A stretch of DNA of 32,000 nucleotides from Nostoc sp. PCC 7120 = FACHB-418 (GCF_000009705.1 NC_003272.1:5430001-5462000), one strand, 5' to 3'. Positions 8,814 to 17,614 are shown, counted from the first letter of the stretch. Notes: generated by a model not told the origin, from the sequence alone. A program made the numbers and translations.

Positions 8814-9362
8814 TTAAATACCCATTCGTAGTTCAGCTAGCTTTTGACGCGCTTTAGGATCAATAGCGCTAGCGAGAAACCTACTTTTAGATTGTTTACG
8901 AGATTGATACTTTTGTCGCATCCTACACACTGTAGTTTCTACCTCCCCGCACAGTTGATATGCTGATAACCATTCAGCCCCATATCCCTGTACTGTCAAC
9001 TGTTGTGCGCGGTCTGATGTAGCAACAATTACACGAGAAATCCGAGCTTGTGAAACTTCGGGGCGCAAAGAAGCACAAATTTTTTCAATATAGGTATCTG
9101 CTGTTTGCCCAAAATCTGTGTAATAAACTGAAACTAGCTCTGTAATAATTTCTTTGTTACTACAAGTATTTTGATAGTGAGCATCAAAAACTATTTGAGT
9201 ATCATAACCCTGAAACGAGCTGTAACTTGTCATCGCTTCCACAAGTTGCCCGCGAGCAGCTTCTAGCCCATTTTTATCACGGGTTTTTTTCAAACACGGC
9301 CAAGCGCCAATTATATTGTAGCCGTCTACTAATAAAACGGCTGGGATTGGGGAACGGGGCAT
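8814..9362 (-). CDS. NYN/PIN-like domain protein, YacP (Rae1)-like ribonuclease family
   Basis: 182-aa ORF. It begins 'LLVDGYNIIGAWP', followed by 'IVFDAH', 'VYYTDFGQTADTYIE' and 'VIVATSDRAQQ', which are hallmarks of the YacP/NYN family. Confidence 0.75.
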   Translation of the reverse strand: MPRSPIPAVLLVDGYNIIGAWPCLKKTRDKNGLEAARGQLVEAMTSYSSFQGYDTQIVFDAHYQNTCSNKEIITELVSVYYTDFGQTADTYIEKICASLRPEVSQARISRVIVATSDRAQQLTVQGYGAEWLSAYQLCGEVETTVCRMRQKYQSRKQSKSRFLASAIDPKARQKLAELRMGI

Positions 9363-9612
9363 GGTTTTCGATCACAATTTTCTAGAGTTAACAAGATCCA
9401 TTCATAACTTTTATAGTAATTGAAGCATCGGCTGTAACACTATGTTACAAATGGCTAGAAAATATGATTTGTTTACAAAGCTGAGGTTGAAAAAGCCCTA
9501 GATAATAACAAACACGCCATTAATGGCGCGTTGCAGTTGTCAAAAATTACTGATTAATTTAGGTTGGTCACTTGTCAATAGGACTTACGCACCGAGACTT
9601 TCTGTTGAGACC

Positions 9613-9683
9613 GGGTGTAAGGTTATAGAGGTGTAAGGGTTTCAAACATTTATACCCCTACACCCCTATACCCCTATACCCTT
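9613..9683. repeat. Hairpin-forming GGTGTAAGG / CCCCTACACC repeat element
   Basis: Read directly: gggtgtaaggttatagaggtgtaagggtttcaaacatttatacccctacacccctatacccctataccc. The core (gtgtaag..tt[c/t]aaacattta..acacc) recurs at 29071-29099, and related arms occur at 8332-8418 and 925-942. Confidence 0.8.
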
Positions 9684-9798
9684 CTCCAAATCCTTGATCT
9701 TTCGTTTTCATGTGTCAGTCCTAGTCAGATGTTAGTAGTGATTGGTTATGAGGTATGGGTGGGGCATTAATACTTTCCCCCATTCCCCATTTTCCAAT

Positions 9799-10476
9799 TC
9801 AAGAAGCTTCTTGGTGTACTTCCATGAGACGTTGTTTGAGGCGTTGGGGTTCACCTTGATCTATTAAACAACCTTTTTCTAGTAAGAAAGCACCATCACA
9901 GTAATTCAACTCATCCAAGCGATGTGTTACCCATAAAGCTGTGATACCCCTACTTTTCACTAGGCGGCGGACACTGGCCACTAAGTCCAGTTGACTATCT
10001 GGGTCAAGTAAGGCTGTAGGTTCATCTAATAATAAGACTTCACAGCGACGAGCGATCGCCCCGGCAATAGCCACACGCTGCTTTTGTCCCCCACTCAAGG
10101 CGTAAATTGGGCGTAGTTGTAAAGCGCTCAAATTCACTGCCCCCAGTGCCTCATCTACTCTAGCTCGGACAGCAGATGTTGGCAGTTTTTCTTCCACCAA
10201 ACCAAAAGCCACATCAGCACCAACAGTTGGCATTACCAATTGATGATCAGGATTTTGGAAGACAAAACCCACAGGATGTAAAACCCCAATTTCACCAGAT
10301 TTAGGAGCCAAAAGCCCTGCTAGGAGACGCAGTAAAGTAGATTTGCCACTGCCATTAGTACCCAAAAGCATCCAAAATTCTCCTTGGGGTACTTCCAAAG
10401 AGCAAGATTGAATTGCTGTTTCACCATTCGGCCAACTGAAATTTAAATCTTTAACGACAATGCCCATGTCCGCCAT
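9799..10476 (-). CDS. ABC transporter ATP-binding protein, ECF/cobalt (CbiO/EcfA)-like
   Basis: 225-aa ORF with Walker A 'GTNGSGKST', signature 'LSGGQKQRV', Walker B 'VLLLDEP' and H-loop 'VTHR'. No permease or T-component ORF is adjacent. Confidence 0.85.
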   Translation of the reverse strand: MADMGIVVKDLNFSWPNGETAIQSCSLEVPQGEFWMLLGTNGSGKSTLLRLLAGLLAPKSGEIGVLHPVGFVFQNPDHQLVMPTVGADVAFGLVEEKLPTSAVRARVDEALGAVNLSALQLRPIYALSGGQKQRVAIAGAIARRCEVLLLDEPTALLDPDSQLDLVASVRRLVKSRGITALWVTHRLDELNYCDGAFLLEKGCLIDQGEPQRLKQRLMEVHQEAS

Positions 10477-10490
10477 TTTGATACCTTGGG

Positions 10491-10763
10491 TTACTCACCC
10501 GCTAGGGCAAAAAATCCAGGCGCTCTACCACTACTTGTAGTGACACCATCTTTCTGAGTAATCTGGACTCCAGAAATTTCACTAGCGCGGACAGCAATTT
10601 TTTTCTCTGTCTTGCCCTCACACTTCAGTTCCACAATATCAGGATTACCAGAGCGGATCGCAGCCAAAATCAGCTGATAAACAGCCTCAGCGTCCTCTGC
10701 TGTCTTACGTTGCACTGTTATCGGGAAGGCAGTGTTTTTGATGCTTAAATCAATGGTAAACAT
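10491..10763 (-). CDS. Small conserved cyanobacterial protein (resembles the UPF0367 family from memory)
   Basis: 90-aa ORF ending 14 nt upstream of the ABC ATPase gene on the same strand. 'MFTIDLSIKNTAFPITVQRKTAEDAEAVYQ..' matches my recollection of UPF0367-type proteins, but this is unverified. Confidence 0.55.
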   Translation of the reverse strand: MFTIDLSIKNTAFPITVQRKTAEDAEAVYQLILAAIRSGNPDIVELKCEGKTEKKIAVRASEISGVQITQKDGVTTSSGRAPGFFALAGE

Positions 10764-10808
10764 TTAGCAGGAATTACATATAACTGTAGGACTCATTTTA
10801 GCGTTATG

Positions 10809-10958
10809 AGATTGGAGATTGGGGAATGATGAGTGCTTTACTCCTGCGGAGAACCCATAGGGTGTGCTGAAGCGGGGTAGGCGGCGTGTAGCCGATGCTC
10901 AACATTCCCCTGTGCTTGTCTGCTTGCGCCTAGTCCCTAATTACTAATCCCCAATCTC
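10809..10958. repeat. Inverted-repeat (MITE-like) insertion in the psbD upstream region
   Basis: GAGATTGGGGA (about 10816-10826) and TCCCCAATCTC (about 10948-10958) are perfect 11-bp complements. They enclose about 120 nt that includes GC-rich words (gctgaagcggggtaggcggcgtgtagccgatgc). Confidence 0.6.
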
Positions 10959-11149
10959 TTTTGTATCCAAAGATTAAATTATTCCCAAAATTTACTGGAA
11001 AAATTAGCGGTTTGCACATAGAATTATTAGAGACGGTAAAAATTTGTAAACTAGATTGACAATCTGGTTAACTTTCTGTTTGTGAGATGTAATACAATTT
11101 TCATCTACAGACAAACCCGAACTTATAAAAACATTGGAGATTTCTTGTA

Positions 11150-12205
11150 ATGACCATCGCAGTAGGACGGGCCCCCAGTAGAGGGTGGTTTGACGTACTA
11201 GACGACTGGTTAAAGCGCGATCGCTTCGTATTCGTAGGTTGGTCAGGGATATTATTATTCCCCTGCGCCTTCCTAGCACTAGGCGGTTGGCTAACCGGTA
11301 CAACATTTGTAACGTCGTGGTACACCCACGGACTAGCATCATCCTACCTGGAAGGAGCAAACTTCCTGACAGTAGCAGTATCCAGCCCAGCAGACAGCAT
11401 GGGACACTCCCTGTTGTTGTTATGGGGGCCAGAAGCCCAAGGCGACTTGACCCGTTGGTTCCAGCTAGGAGGGTTATGGCCATTCGTAGCCCTACACGGA
11501 GCCTTTGGATTAATCGGGTTCATGCTACGTCAATTTGAAATTGCGCGGCTAGTAGGAATTAGACCCTACAACGCACTAGCATTTTCAGCCCCCATCGCGG
11601 TATTCGTCAGCGTATTCCTGATGTACCCCTTGGGACAATCTTCCTGGTTCTTCGCACCCAGCTTCGGAGTAGCAGCAATCTTCAGATTCTTGTTATTCCT
11701 CCAAGGGTTCCACAACTGGACACTCAACCCCTTCCACATGATGGGAGTAGCTGGTGTACTAGGTGGAGCGTTACTGTGTGCCATCCACGGTGCCACAGTA
11801 GAAAACACCTTGTTTGAAGACGGCGAAGGCGCAAACACCTTCCGTGCCTTCAACCCCACCCAATCAGAAGAAACCTATTCAATGGTGACAGCCAACCGAT
11901 TCTGGTCACAGATATTCGGGATTGCGTTCTCCAACAAACGCTGGTTGCACTTCTTCATGTTGTTCGTACCCGTAACTGGGTTGTGGATGAGTGCTGTAGG
12001 CATCGTCGGTTTAGCATTAAACCTCCGGGCTTATGACTTCGTTTCCCAAGAACTACGGGCAGCAGAAGACCCAGAATTTGAAACCTTCTATACCAAGAAC
12101 ATTTTGTTGAACGAGGGTATCCGCGCTTGGATGGCTCCTCAAGATCAGCCTCACGAAAAATTTGTATTCCCTGAAGAAGTATTACCTCGCGGTAACGCTC
12201 TCTAA
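11150..12205 (+). CDS. psbD: Photosystem II reaction-centre protein D2
   Basis: The 351-aa ORF is unmistakably D2 over its whole length ([33 protein letters not shown] ... [35 protein letters not shown]). No psbC reading frame overlaps or follows it, so this is a monocistronic psbD copy. Confidence 0.98.
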   Translation: MTIAVGRAPSRGWFDVLDDWLKRDRFVFVGWSGILLFPCAFLALGGWLTGTTFVTSWYTHGLASSYLEGANFLTVAVSSPADSMGHSLLLLWGPEAQGDLTRWFQLGGLWPFVALHGAFGLIGFMLRQFEIARLVGIRPYNALAFSAPIAVFVSVFLMYPLGQSSWFFAPSFGVAAIFRFLLFLQGFHNWTLNPFHMMGVAGVLGGALLCAIHGATVENTLFEDGEGANTFRAFNPTQSEETYSMVTANRFWSQIFGIAFSNKRWLHFFMLFVPVTGLWMSAVGIVGLALNLRAYDFVSQELRAAEDPEFETFYTKNILLNEGIRAWMAPQDQPHEKFVFPEEVLPRGNAL

Positions 12206-12240
12206 GCATGATTTAAGATTCATCGCTTGCCATTGTGTTC

Positions 12241-12277
12241 AAACCCCCGCCAAAAAAACGGGGGTTTTTCTTTTTTT
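12241..12277 (+). terminator. Intrinsic terminator of psbD
   Basis: Stem cccccg (12244-12249) pairs with cggggg (12259-12264) around an A-rich loop. The following 13-nt tract (12265-12277) is all T apart from one C. Confidence 0.85.
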
Positions 12278-12339
12278 GGTCGATTGTCAGTTGACTATGG
12301 ACTAATCTCTAAACTTGTATGTTATATTGAGCGAAGGTG

Positions 12340-12629
12340 AAAACCCAGAGATAAATTCTCTGCCTTTTTGAGAATAAGACCGTTTAGGCAACAAGGAGGT
12401 GATGCCCATGATAGAAAGTAGTAAAAGCATGGGTCATCAGGTTGCAGTTAGCCGGCTGTGTGCCGGGGCTGTTCTCTAAAAGTTAGCCTTAGTCTTTTCG
12501 AGACTAAGTTAGCTCCAAAAGCTAGGCTAAAGCTCGGAGTTCCTTCCGGCAGTCTGGTTGCAACCTGAAGACCCGCTAGACCGCTCTGACTTAGATTATC
12601 CGATCTAAATCAGAGCGGATAGTTTTTTA
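12340..12629 (+). ncRNA. Candidate structured RNA or leader with an embedded 25-codon ORF (12402-12479), ending in a strong intrinsic terminator
   Basis: The SD AAGGAGG (12393-12399) precedes ATGs at 12402 and 12408. Helix A pairs tgatgcccatg (12400-12410) with catgggtcatca (12428-12439). Helix B pairs gggtcatcaggttgca (12431-12446) with tgcaacctgaagaccc (12559-12574) at 15 of 16 positions, and it is mutually exclusive with helix A. Internal hairpins occur at 12483-12514 and around 12450-12470. The terminator is at 12581-12629. The 5' end is not determined. Confidence 0.45.
12581..12629 (+). terminator. Intrinsic terminator
   Basis: ccgctctgacttagat (12581-12596) pairs with atctaaatcagagcgg (12603-12618) in a 16-bp stem with one mismatch. 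After 'atag', a T6 run follows (12623-12628). Confidence 0.8.
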
Positions 12630-12813
12630 TGGGTACGTTTTAAGATATTGATGGTTGCATAGGAAAACTCAGCAGGTAACTACGTTAAATTTGTGTAAGG
12701 AAATAACCATATCGCGTGCTTCTTGTTTTCTTGCGGAAAGAGAAATTGCAAGATCAAAAAATGACAAGGGTGACAGAGCCATACACGTCTTTTAAATATA
12801 GGAGATTTTGCCA

Positions 12814-13095
12814 ATGGCGCAGCTACTAAGCGATGTAGAAATTCAGTCACAAGCTAGCAAACTATCTGGGTGGACGTTAGAGGGTTCTAAGTTGCAGACT
12901 ACCCGCAAATTCAAAGATTTTATTGAGGCGATCGCATTTGTCAATAAGTTGGTAGAACCTGCGGAGTCAGCTGGACATCATCCAGATATAGAAATCTCTT
13001 ATAACAAAGTCAAAGTTACACTAACAACCCATGATGCAGGTGGTTTGACACAAAAAGACTTTGATGTAGCAGCAACGATTTCCCAAATCAACTAA
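12814..13095 (+). CDS. Pterin-4-alpha-carbinolamine dehydratase (PCD/DCoH family)
   Basis: 93 aa from the ATG at 12814, with the SD AGGAG at 12800-12804. The track ORF starts at a TTG at 12808. Hallmarks are 'GW..EG.KL...F.F.DF..A..F.N.V...AE...HHPD......N.V...L.TH..GGLT..D', including the HHPD motif. Confidence 0.85.
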   Translation: MAQLLSDVEIQSQASKLSGWTLEGSKLQTTRKFKDFIEAIAFVNKLVEPAESAGHHPDIEISYNKVKVTLTTHDAGGLTQKDFDVAATISQIN

Positions 13096-13460
13096 TCATT
13101 TTTGGTAGTGCTTGGAAGCTACATAAATCAATGTATGACTTTCGGTACACAAGGAGTTGTAAGTTAAATACTCCCTTTTGTAATCTAACTACGAATCAGT
13201 GTGACAGTTAATGAGGCGATCCCTCCTATCTTGCCATACAGTCGAAATGCTCTATAATAATCAGCTATATGGGTACGTTTTTGCATAAGTTAATTGCATT
13301 AATTTTTAATACTAAGTTAATCAATCATCAGCTTGGCAAAAACTAAAATTGTAATAGTGGCAACTATGCCTCATCAAAAGATTTCAATAAGATGTCACAT
13401 TTTTGAGAGTAGCTGCAACAAGAACAATTATCTATACAAGGTGTGAGGAGAAAAGTAAAA

Positions 13461-15188
13461 ATGTCTAATCTATTGTGGAAATCCCTAGTGGTTAGCCCTG
13501 CTGTTTTAGGCGCAACACTATTAGTGTCGTCAGCAGCGATCGCAGCTACAAATGCAACTACAGAATTATCAGTAACAGAAACAGTAGTACCTACTGAACT
13601 AGCTCAACAGCCAGAAATTGTGGCTCAAGCAGCACCAATAACCGAAGATACAAAGGTTATCGACCAAGTTAACCGCTACAGTAACGAAGGTAAAGGTAAC
13701 GCTCAAAGCCAAGTAACCTCAGTTTCTCAGTTTTCTGACGTACAACCAACTGATTGGGCTTTCCAAGCATTACAGTCTTTGGTTGAGCGCTACGGTTGTA
13801 TTGCTGGTTACCCTAACGGTACCTATCGTGGAAACCGTGCTTTAACCCGCTATGAATTTGCGGCTGGTTTAAACGCCTGTTTGGATCGTGTCAATGAATT
13901 GATTGCTACAGCAACAGCTGACTTAGTAACCAAGCAAGATTTAGCTACCTTACAACGCTTACAAGAAGAATTTTCTGCGGAATTAGCAACCTTGCGCGGT
14001 CGTGTAGATGCTTTAGAAGCACGGACTGCGGAGTTGGAAGCTAACCAGTTCTCTACAACTACAAAACTAGTTGGTGAAGCTATCTTCGCGGTTACCGATG
14101 CTTTTGGTGAAAACACTGGCGACGCTAACAACACTGTTTTCCAAAACAGAGTTCGTCTAGGCTTGCAAACCAGCTTCACAGGTAGAGATGTTTTAACCAC
14201 CCGTTTAGCTGCTGGTAATGCAACTGGCTTTGATTTTAGAGATAACAATAACAACTCTATTGGTGCTAGTGGTCAAGGACTACAAACTTTCCAAGTTGGT
14301 AGTACTGGCAACAATAATGTAGAAATAGACCGATTGACCTATGAAGCACCTTTTGGACCAGCTCAAGTTTACCTTGCAGCTAGTGGTGGACGACATAGCC
14401 ATTATGCAGCAGTAAACAACCCCTATTTCTTTGACAAAACTGACGGCGGTAACGGTGCTTTATCTACATTTTCCTCGGAAAATCCCATCTACCGCATTGG
14501 TGGTGGTGCAGGTATCGCCTTCAACGTGCCTTTTGGTCAAGGCGGTAGCATCTTAAGACCTAGCTCTTTTACCGTAGGTTATTTGGCTTCGGATGCTAAT
14601 AACCCTGGTCCTAATCAAGGTTTATTCAACGGCGACTACGCTGCTTTAGGTCAATTGAACTTTAGTGTAGGCGATCGCTTGGCTTTAGCTGCTACTTATG
14701 TTCATGGATATCATGGTGCAAGTGGTAGCGCCCTATTTGACTCTGGAGCAAATGGTGCCATTGTAGGTACTTCACTAGCCAATAACAATAGTTTCCTTAA
14801 TGCTTCTTCCAGCAATTCCTACGGTTTGTCTGCTGCATTCAGACCTAGCGATAAACTATCGGTTAGCGGCTTTGTATCTTACAGTGATGTCACAGGCTTC
14901 GGTGCGAATGATGACAGAGAAGTTTGGAGCTACGGTATTGGTGTAGCATTGCCTGACTTTGGTAAGAGAGGTAACGTCCTGGGTATCTTCGCAGGCGCTC
15001 AACCTTATGCACGTGGTGTTCAAGCTGGTGCTAATGAAGTTCCTTACCAAGTTGAAGGTTTCTACAAATATCGCGTATCTGACAACATCTCCATCACCCC
15101 TGGTGTAATCTGGGTGACTAACCCTGGTCAGAACAGCAATGCAGATGATGCGATCATCGGTACTCTGAGAACCACCTTCACTTTCTAA
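13461..15188 (+). CDS. Cyanobacterial outer-membrane porin (N-terminal SLH domain, coiled coil, OprB-type beta-barrel)
   Basis: The ATG at 13461 follows GAGGAG; the track ORF begins at a GTG at 13443. It has a signal peptide ending SSAAIA-A and an SLH motif 'FSDVQPTDWAFQALQSLVERYGCIAGYPNGTYRGNRALTRYEFAAGLNACLDRV'. A coiled coil is followed by a long Gly/Asn/Ser-rich barrel ending in '..TLRTTFTF'. Confidence 0.88.
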   Translation: MSNLLWKSLVVSPAVLGATLLVSSAAIAATNATTELSVTETVVPTELAQQPEIVAQAAPITEDTKVIDQVNRYSNEGKGNAQSQVTSVSQFSDVQPTDWAFQALQSLVERYGCIAGYPNGTYRGNRALTRYEFAAGLNACLDRVNELIATATADLVTKQDLATLQRLQEEFSAELATLRGRVDALEARTAELEANQFSTTTKLVGEAIFAVTDAFGENTGDANNTVFQNRVRLGLQTSFTGRDVLTTRLAAGNATGFDFRDNNNNSIGASGQGLQTFQVGSTGNNNVEIDRLTYEAPFGPAQVYLAASGGRHSHYAAVNNPYFFDKTDGGNGALSTFSSENPIYRIGGGAGIAFNVPFGQGGSILRPSSFTVGYLASDANNPGPNQGLFNGDYAALGQLNFSVGDRLALAATYVHGYHGASGSALFDSGANGAIVGTSLANNNSFLNASSSNSYGLSAAFRPSDKLSVSGFVSYSDVTGFGANDDREVWSYGIGVALPDFGKRGNVLGIFAGAQPYARGVQAGANEVPYQVEGFYKYRVSDNISITPGVIWVTNPGQNSNADDAIIGTLRTTFTF

Positions 15189-15224
15189 GCTATTAAAAAC
15201 TTCTAGAAAGTTGAATATAACTGA

Positions 15225-15250
15225 AACCCTGCTACTGAGCGGGGTTTTTT
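15225..15250 (+). terminator. Intrinsic terminator of the porin gene
   Basis: aaccctgct / agcggggtt form a 9-bp stem (one G-U) with a 4-nt loop, followed by a T6 run. Confidence 0.8.
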
Positions 15251-15364
15251 GCTGTCTTTAGTAGTAATGCACAAACCCTACTGCTTAACCGGAGTATACT
15301 AGAGTAAGTTAGGGCTTAATACTTAACTTTTTATTCATAATTATTCACCACTCACTTATTGCTC

Positions 15365-15802
15365 GTGGAACTATCGTGTAAATCAGAATACGCAATTCTG
15401 GCCTTACTAGAAATGGCAACTCATTACGACAGTGGCGAACCTATGCAAATTAGGCAAATCGCCGCTCAACAAAGCATACCCGATCGCTATTTAGAACAAC
15501 TATTAGCGACATTAAGGCGCGGAGGTATACTCAGAAGCCAACGTGGGTCAAGAGGCGGCTATTTTTTAGCCCGCGAACCCCGAAAAATTAGCATATTCGA
15601 GATATTGGAATGTTTGGAAGGGTTAGAGGTGAAGACTAGTGAAGAAAATCTCAAGTCTCAAACCTTAGATGCTTCTGTGATAGAAGAAATTTGGCAAGAA
15701 GCGCGTCAGGCGGCAAATTCCGTTTTGAAAAAATATAGCCTACAGGATCTTTGTGAAAAAAGAGATTCTCGAAGGCAGTTGGATGTGATGTATTACATTT
15801 AG
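15365..15802 (+). CDS. Rrf2-family transcriptional regulator lacking the Cys-cluster ligand motif (CymR-like)
   Basis: The probable start is the GTG at 15365 (V/M-ELSCKSEYAILALLEMA), which matches the usual Rrf2 N-terminus; the track starts at a TTG at 15359. The wHTH is 'IRQIAAQQSIPDRYLEQLLATLRRGGILRSQRGSRGGYFLAR'. The only Cys residues are SCK, LEC and LCE, so there is no C-x5-6-C-x5-6-C Fe-S motif. Confidence 0.85.
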   Translation: MELSCKSEYAILALLEMATHYDSGEPMQIRQIAAQQSIPDRYLEQLLATLRRGGILRSQRGSRGGYFLAREPRKISIFEILECLEGLEVKTSEENLKSQTLDASVIEEIWQEARQAANSVLKKYSLQDLCEKRDSRRQLDVMYYI

Positions 15803-15847
15803 TGGTCAGTAGTCAACAGTCCATAGTCCATAGTCCATAGTTTATAG
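15802..15847. repeat. STRR heptamer array (xTAGTCC/ACAGTCC period 7)
   Basis: Read directly: gtggtca gtagtca acagtcc atagtcc atagtcc atagttt atagg. Confidence 0.9.
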
Positions 15848-15928
15848 GCTGTCGGGCGTGTACTGTGAATGAGGGAAAATAATTCATGACTAATGACTAA
15901 ATAACTAATTAAATAAGGAAAAATAATT

Positions 15929-16891
15929 ATGCGGGTTGCTCGTAACATTACAGAACTTGTTGGTCGTACACCTTTAGTACAGCTAAATCGTATTCCCCAA
16001 GAGGAAGGATGTGTAGCTCAGATTCTTGTGAAGATGGAAAGTATGAACCCATCATCATCAGTGAAAGACCGAATTGGGGTGAGTATGATTAATGCAGCTG
16101 AACAGGAGGGGTTGATTGCTCCTGGGAAGACTGTATTAGTAGAACCCACATCGGGAAATACAGGGATTGCTTTAGCAATGGCAGCAGCAGCCAAGGGTTA
16201 TCGCTTAATTTTAACGATGCCAGAAACCATGAGTGGTGAGCGTCGGGCTATGTTGCGGGCTTATGGAGCGGAGTTAGAATTGACACCGGGAATGGAGGGA
16301 ATGAGTGGAGCGATTCGCCGGGCGCAGGAGATAGTGAATACTACCCCTCATGCTTATATGTTGCAGCAGTTCCGCAACCCAGCGAACGTGAAAATACATC
16401 GAGAGACTACCGCCGAGGAAATCTGGGAAGATACCGATGGTCAGGTAGATATGATTGTCGCAGGGGTAGGTACAGGTGGTACGATCACAGGTGTAGCGGA
16501 AGTGCTGAAAGCCCGTAAACCAAGTTTTCAGGCGATCGCAGTTGAGCCTGCCAATAGTCCAGTTTTATCTGGAGGTAAACCAGGCCCCCATAAAATTCAG
16601 GGAATTGGTGCGGGATTCGTTCCCCAAGTTCTAAAAACACAATTGATTGATGAAGTGATTACGGTCACAGATGAAGAAGCGATCGCTTACGGTCGGCGTT
16701 TAGCTAGAGAAGAAGGGCTACTATCTGGGATTTCCAGTGGTGCTGCTTTGTTTGCTGCCATTCGCGTAGCTCAACGTCCAGAAAACGCCGGACGCTTAAT
16801 TGTATTGATTCAGCCTAGTTTTGGAGAAAGGTATCTTAGTACACCATTGTTCCAAGACCTAGAAACAAAGGCAACAGCTAGCATTAGCTAA
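15929..16891 (+). CDS. cysK: Cysteine synthase A (O-acetylserine sulfhydrylase)
   Basis: 320-aa ORF. It has the PLP-lysine motif '[11 protein letters not shown]', '[12 protein letters not shown]', the glycine loop '[10 protein letters not shown]' and 'ISSGAA', and it is colinear with CysK throughout. Confidence 0.93.
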   Translation: MRVARNITELVGRTPLVQLNRIPQEEGCVAQILVKMESMNPSSSVKDRIGVSMINAAEQEGLIAPGKTVLVEPTSGNTGIALAMAAAAKGYRLILTMPETMSGERRAMLRAYGAELELTPGMEGMSGAIRRAQEIVNTTPHAYMLQQFRNPANVKIHRETTAEEIWEDTDGQVDMIVAGVGTGGTITGVAEVLKARKPSFQAIAVEPANSPVLSGGKPGPHKIQGIGAGFVPQVLKTQLIDEVITVTDEEAIAYGRRLAREEGLLSGISSGAALFAAIRVAQRPENAGRLIVLIQPSFGERYLSTPLFQDLETKATASIS

Positions 16892-16906
16892 CGTAATTTT
16901 GGATGA

Positions 16907-17614
16907 ATGGTCGATTCTAAGAAAGATTTAAATCACTACGAAATTCTCAAGGTCAGCCCTAAAGCCAGCCAAGCGGAGATCAAGCAAGCTTATCGCCGCT
17001 TGGTAAAATTATTTCACCCAGATAGTAATCAGGACACGGCAGATAAAGAGCAGATTATCCGAATTAACGCAGCTTATGAAATCTTAGGCGACAATCAAAG
17101 TCGCCTCAATTATGATGAGGAACTGCGGGATAAATCTCAGAAATTCAAAGGCGATCGCCTACAGCGTACTGCATCAGTTCAAAAAGAATATCAGGTAAAA
17201 CGTAAAAGCGGCAAAGATGCTGATGAACAGGTAGAAGAATGGCTACGCTTGGTATATCAACCAGTCAATCGTTTACTTTGTACTATTCTCAGTTCATTGG
17301 AAGAACAGATTGAGGAACTAGCTGCTGATCCCTTTGATGATGAACTATTAGACGAGTTTCAGGAATACTTACAAACTTGTAAAGACGACTTCAAGCAAGC
17401 CCAAACTATTTTTCGCTCCCGTCCCAACCCTCCTAGTATGGCGAGAGCCGCCGCACACCTTTACTACAGCCTCAATCAAGTAGCAGACGGACTAGAAGAA
17501 TTGGCTTACTTTCCCTTAAACTATGACGATCGCTATTTACATACAGGTCAAGAATTATTCCGCATTGCTACAAGATTGCACTATGAAGCACAAGCATCTG
17601 TAAGTAGTCATTAG
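16907..17614 (+). CDS. J-domain (DnaJ-like) protein with an uncharacterised helical C-terminal domain
   Basis: 235-aa ORF. The N-terminal J domain is '[50 protein letters not shown]' with the HPD tripeptide. There is no Gly/Phe region or zinc finger. Confidence 0.85.
   Translation: MVDSKKDLNHYEILKVSPKASQAEIKQAYRRLVKLFHPDSNQDTADKEQIIRINAAYEILGDNQSRLNYDEELRDKSQKFKGDRLQRTASVQKEYQVKRKSGKDADEQVEEWLRLVYQPVNRLLCTILSSLEEQIEELAADPFDDELLDEFQEYLQTCKDDFKQAQTIFRSRPNPPSMARAAAHLYYSLNQVADGLEELAYFPLNYDDRYLHTGQELFRIATRLHYEAQASVSSH

Noticed and set aside
11004-12209. Five listed ORFs overlapping psbD: antisense at 11004..11483, 11101..11325, 11566..11859 and 11955..12209, and alternate-frame at 11239..11538.
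   Set aside because: psbD is unambiguous over its full length in its own frame. The overlapping ORFs have low-complexity, Arg/Leu/Ser-rich translations with no recognisable motifs. They are typical shadow ORFs of a highly expressed gene.
11150-12300. Expectation of a psbDC operon, with psbC starting inside the 3' end of psbD.
   Set aside because: No CP43-like reading frame overlaps or follows psbD. A strong terminator follows within 40 nt, so this is the stand-alone psbD copy.
12400-12580. SRP (4.5S) RNA or a hammerhead ribozyme on the minus strand of the psbD-downstream element. The minus strand contains CUGCC-GGAA-GGAAC and a CUGAUGA word.
   Set aside because: The GGAA tetraloop context does not match the conserved SRP domain IV (..AGGUCCGGAAGGAAGCAGCC..). 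The CUGAUGA is not followed by a stem II plus a GAAA core. The only convincing terminator is on the plus strand.
12628-13281. An exact 14-nt direct repeat TATGGGTACGTTTT at 12628-12641 and 13268-13281, flanking the pterin dehydratase gene. It could be cassette boundaries or a shared regulatory site.
   Set aside because: With about 5x10^8 position pairs in 32 kb and 4^14 of about 2.7x10^8, one or two exact 14-mers are expected by chance. The flanks show no further similarity. It is only worth noting if the motif recurs genome-wide.
13351-13393. An NtcA-type promoter upstream of the porin gene: GTAATAGTGGCAAC, followed 23 nt later by TAAGAT.
   Set aside because: The site has AAC instead of the TAC half-site. 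Such near-matches are common in AT-rich spacers, and there is no independent support from the sequence.
13850-14254. A 134-aa antisense ORF inside the porin gene, and a 64-aa one at 14856..15050.
   Set aside because: They are shadow ORFs opposite a clearly coding, full-length SLH/OprB porin frame, with low-complexity Lys/Ser/Ala translations.
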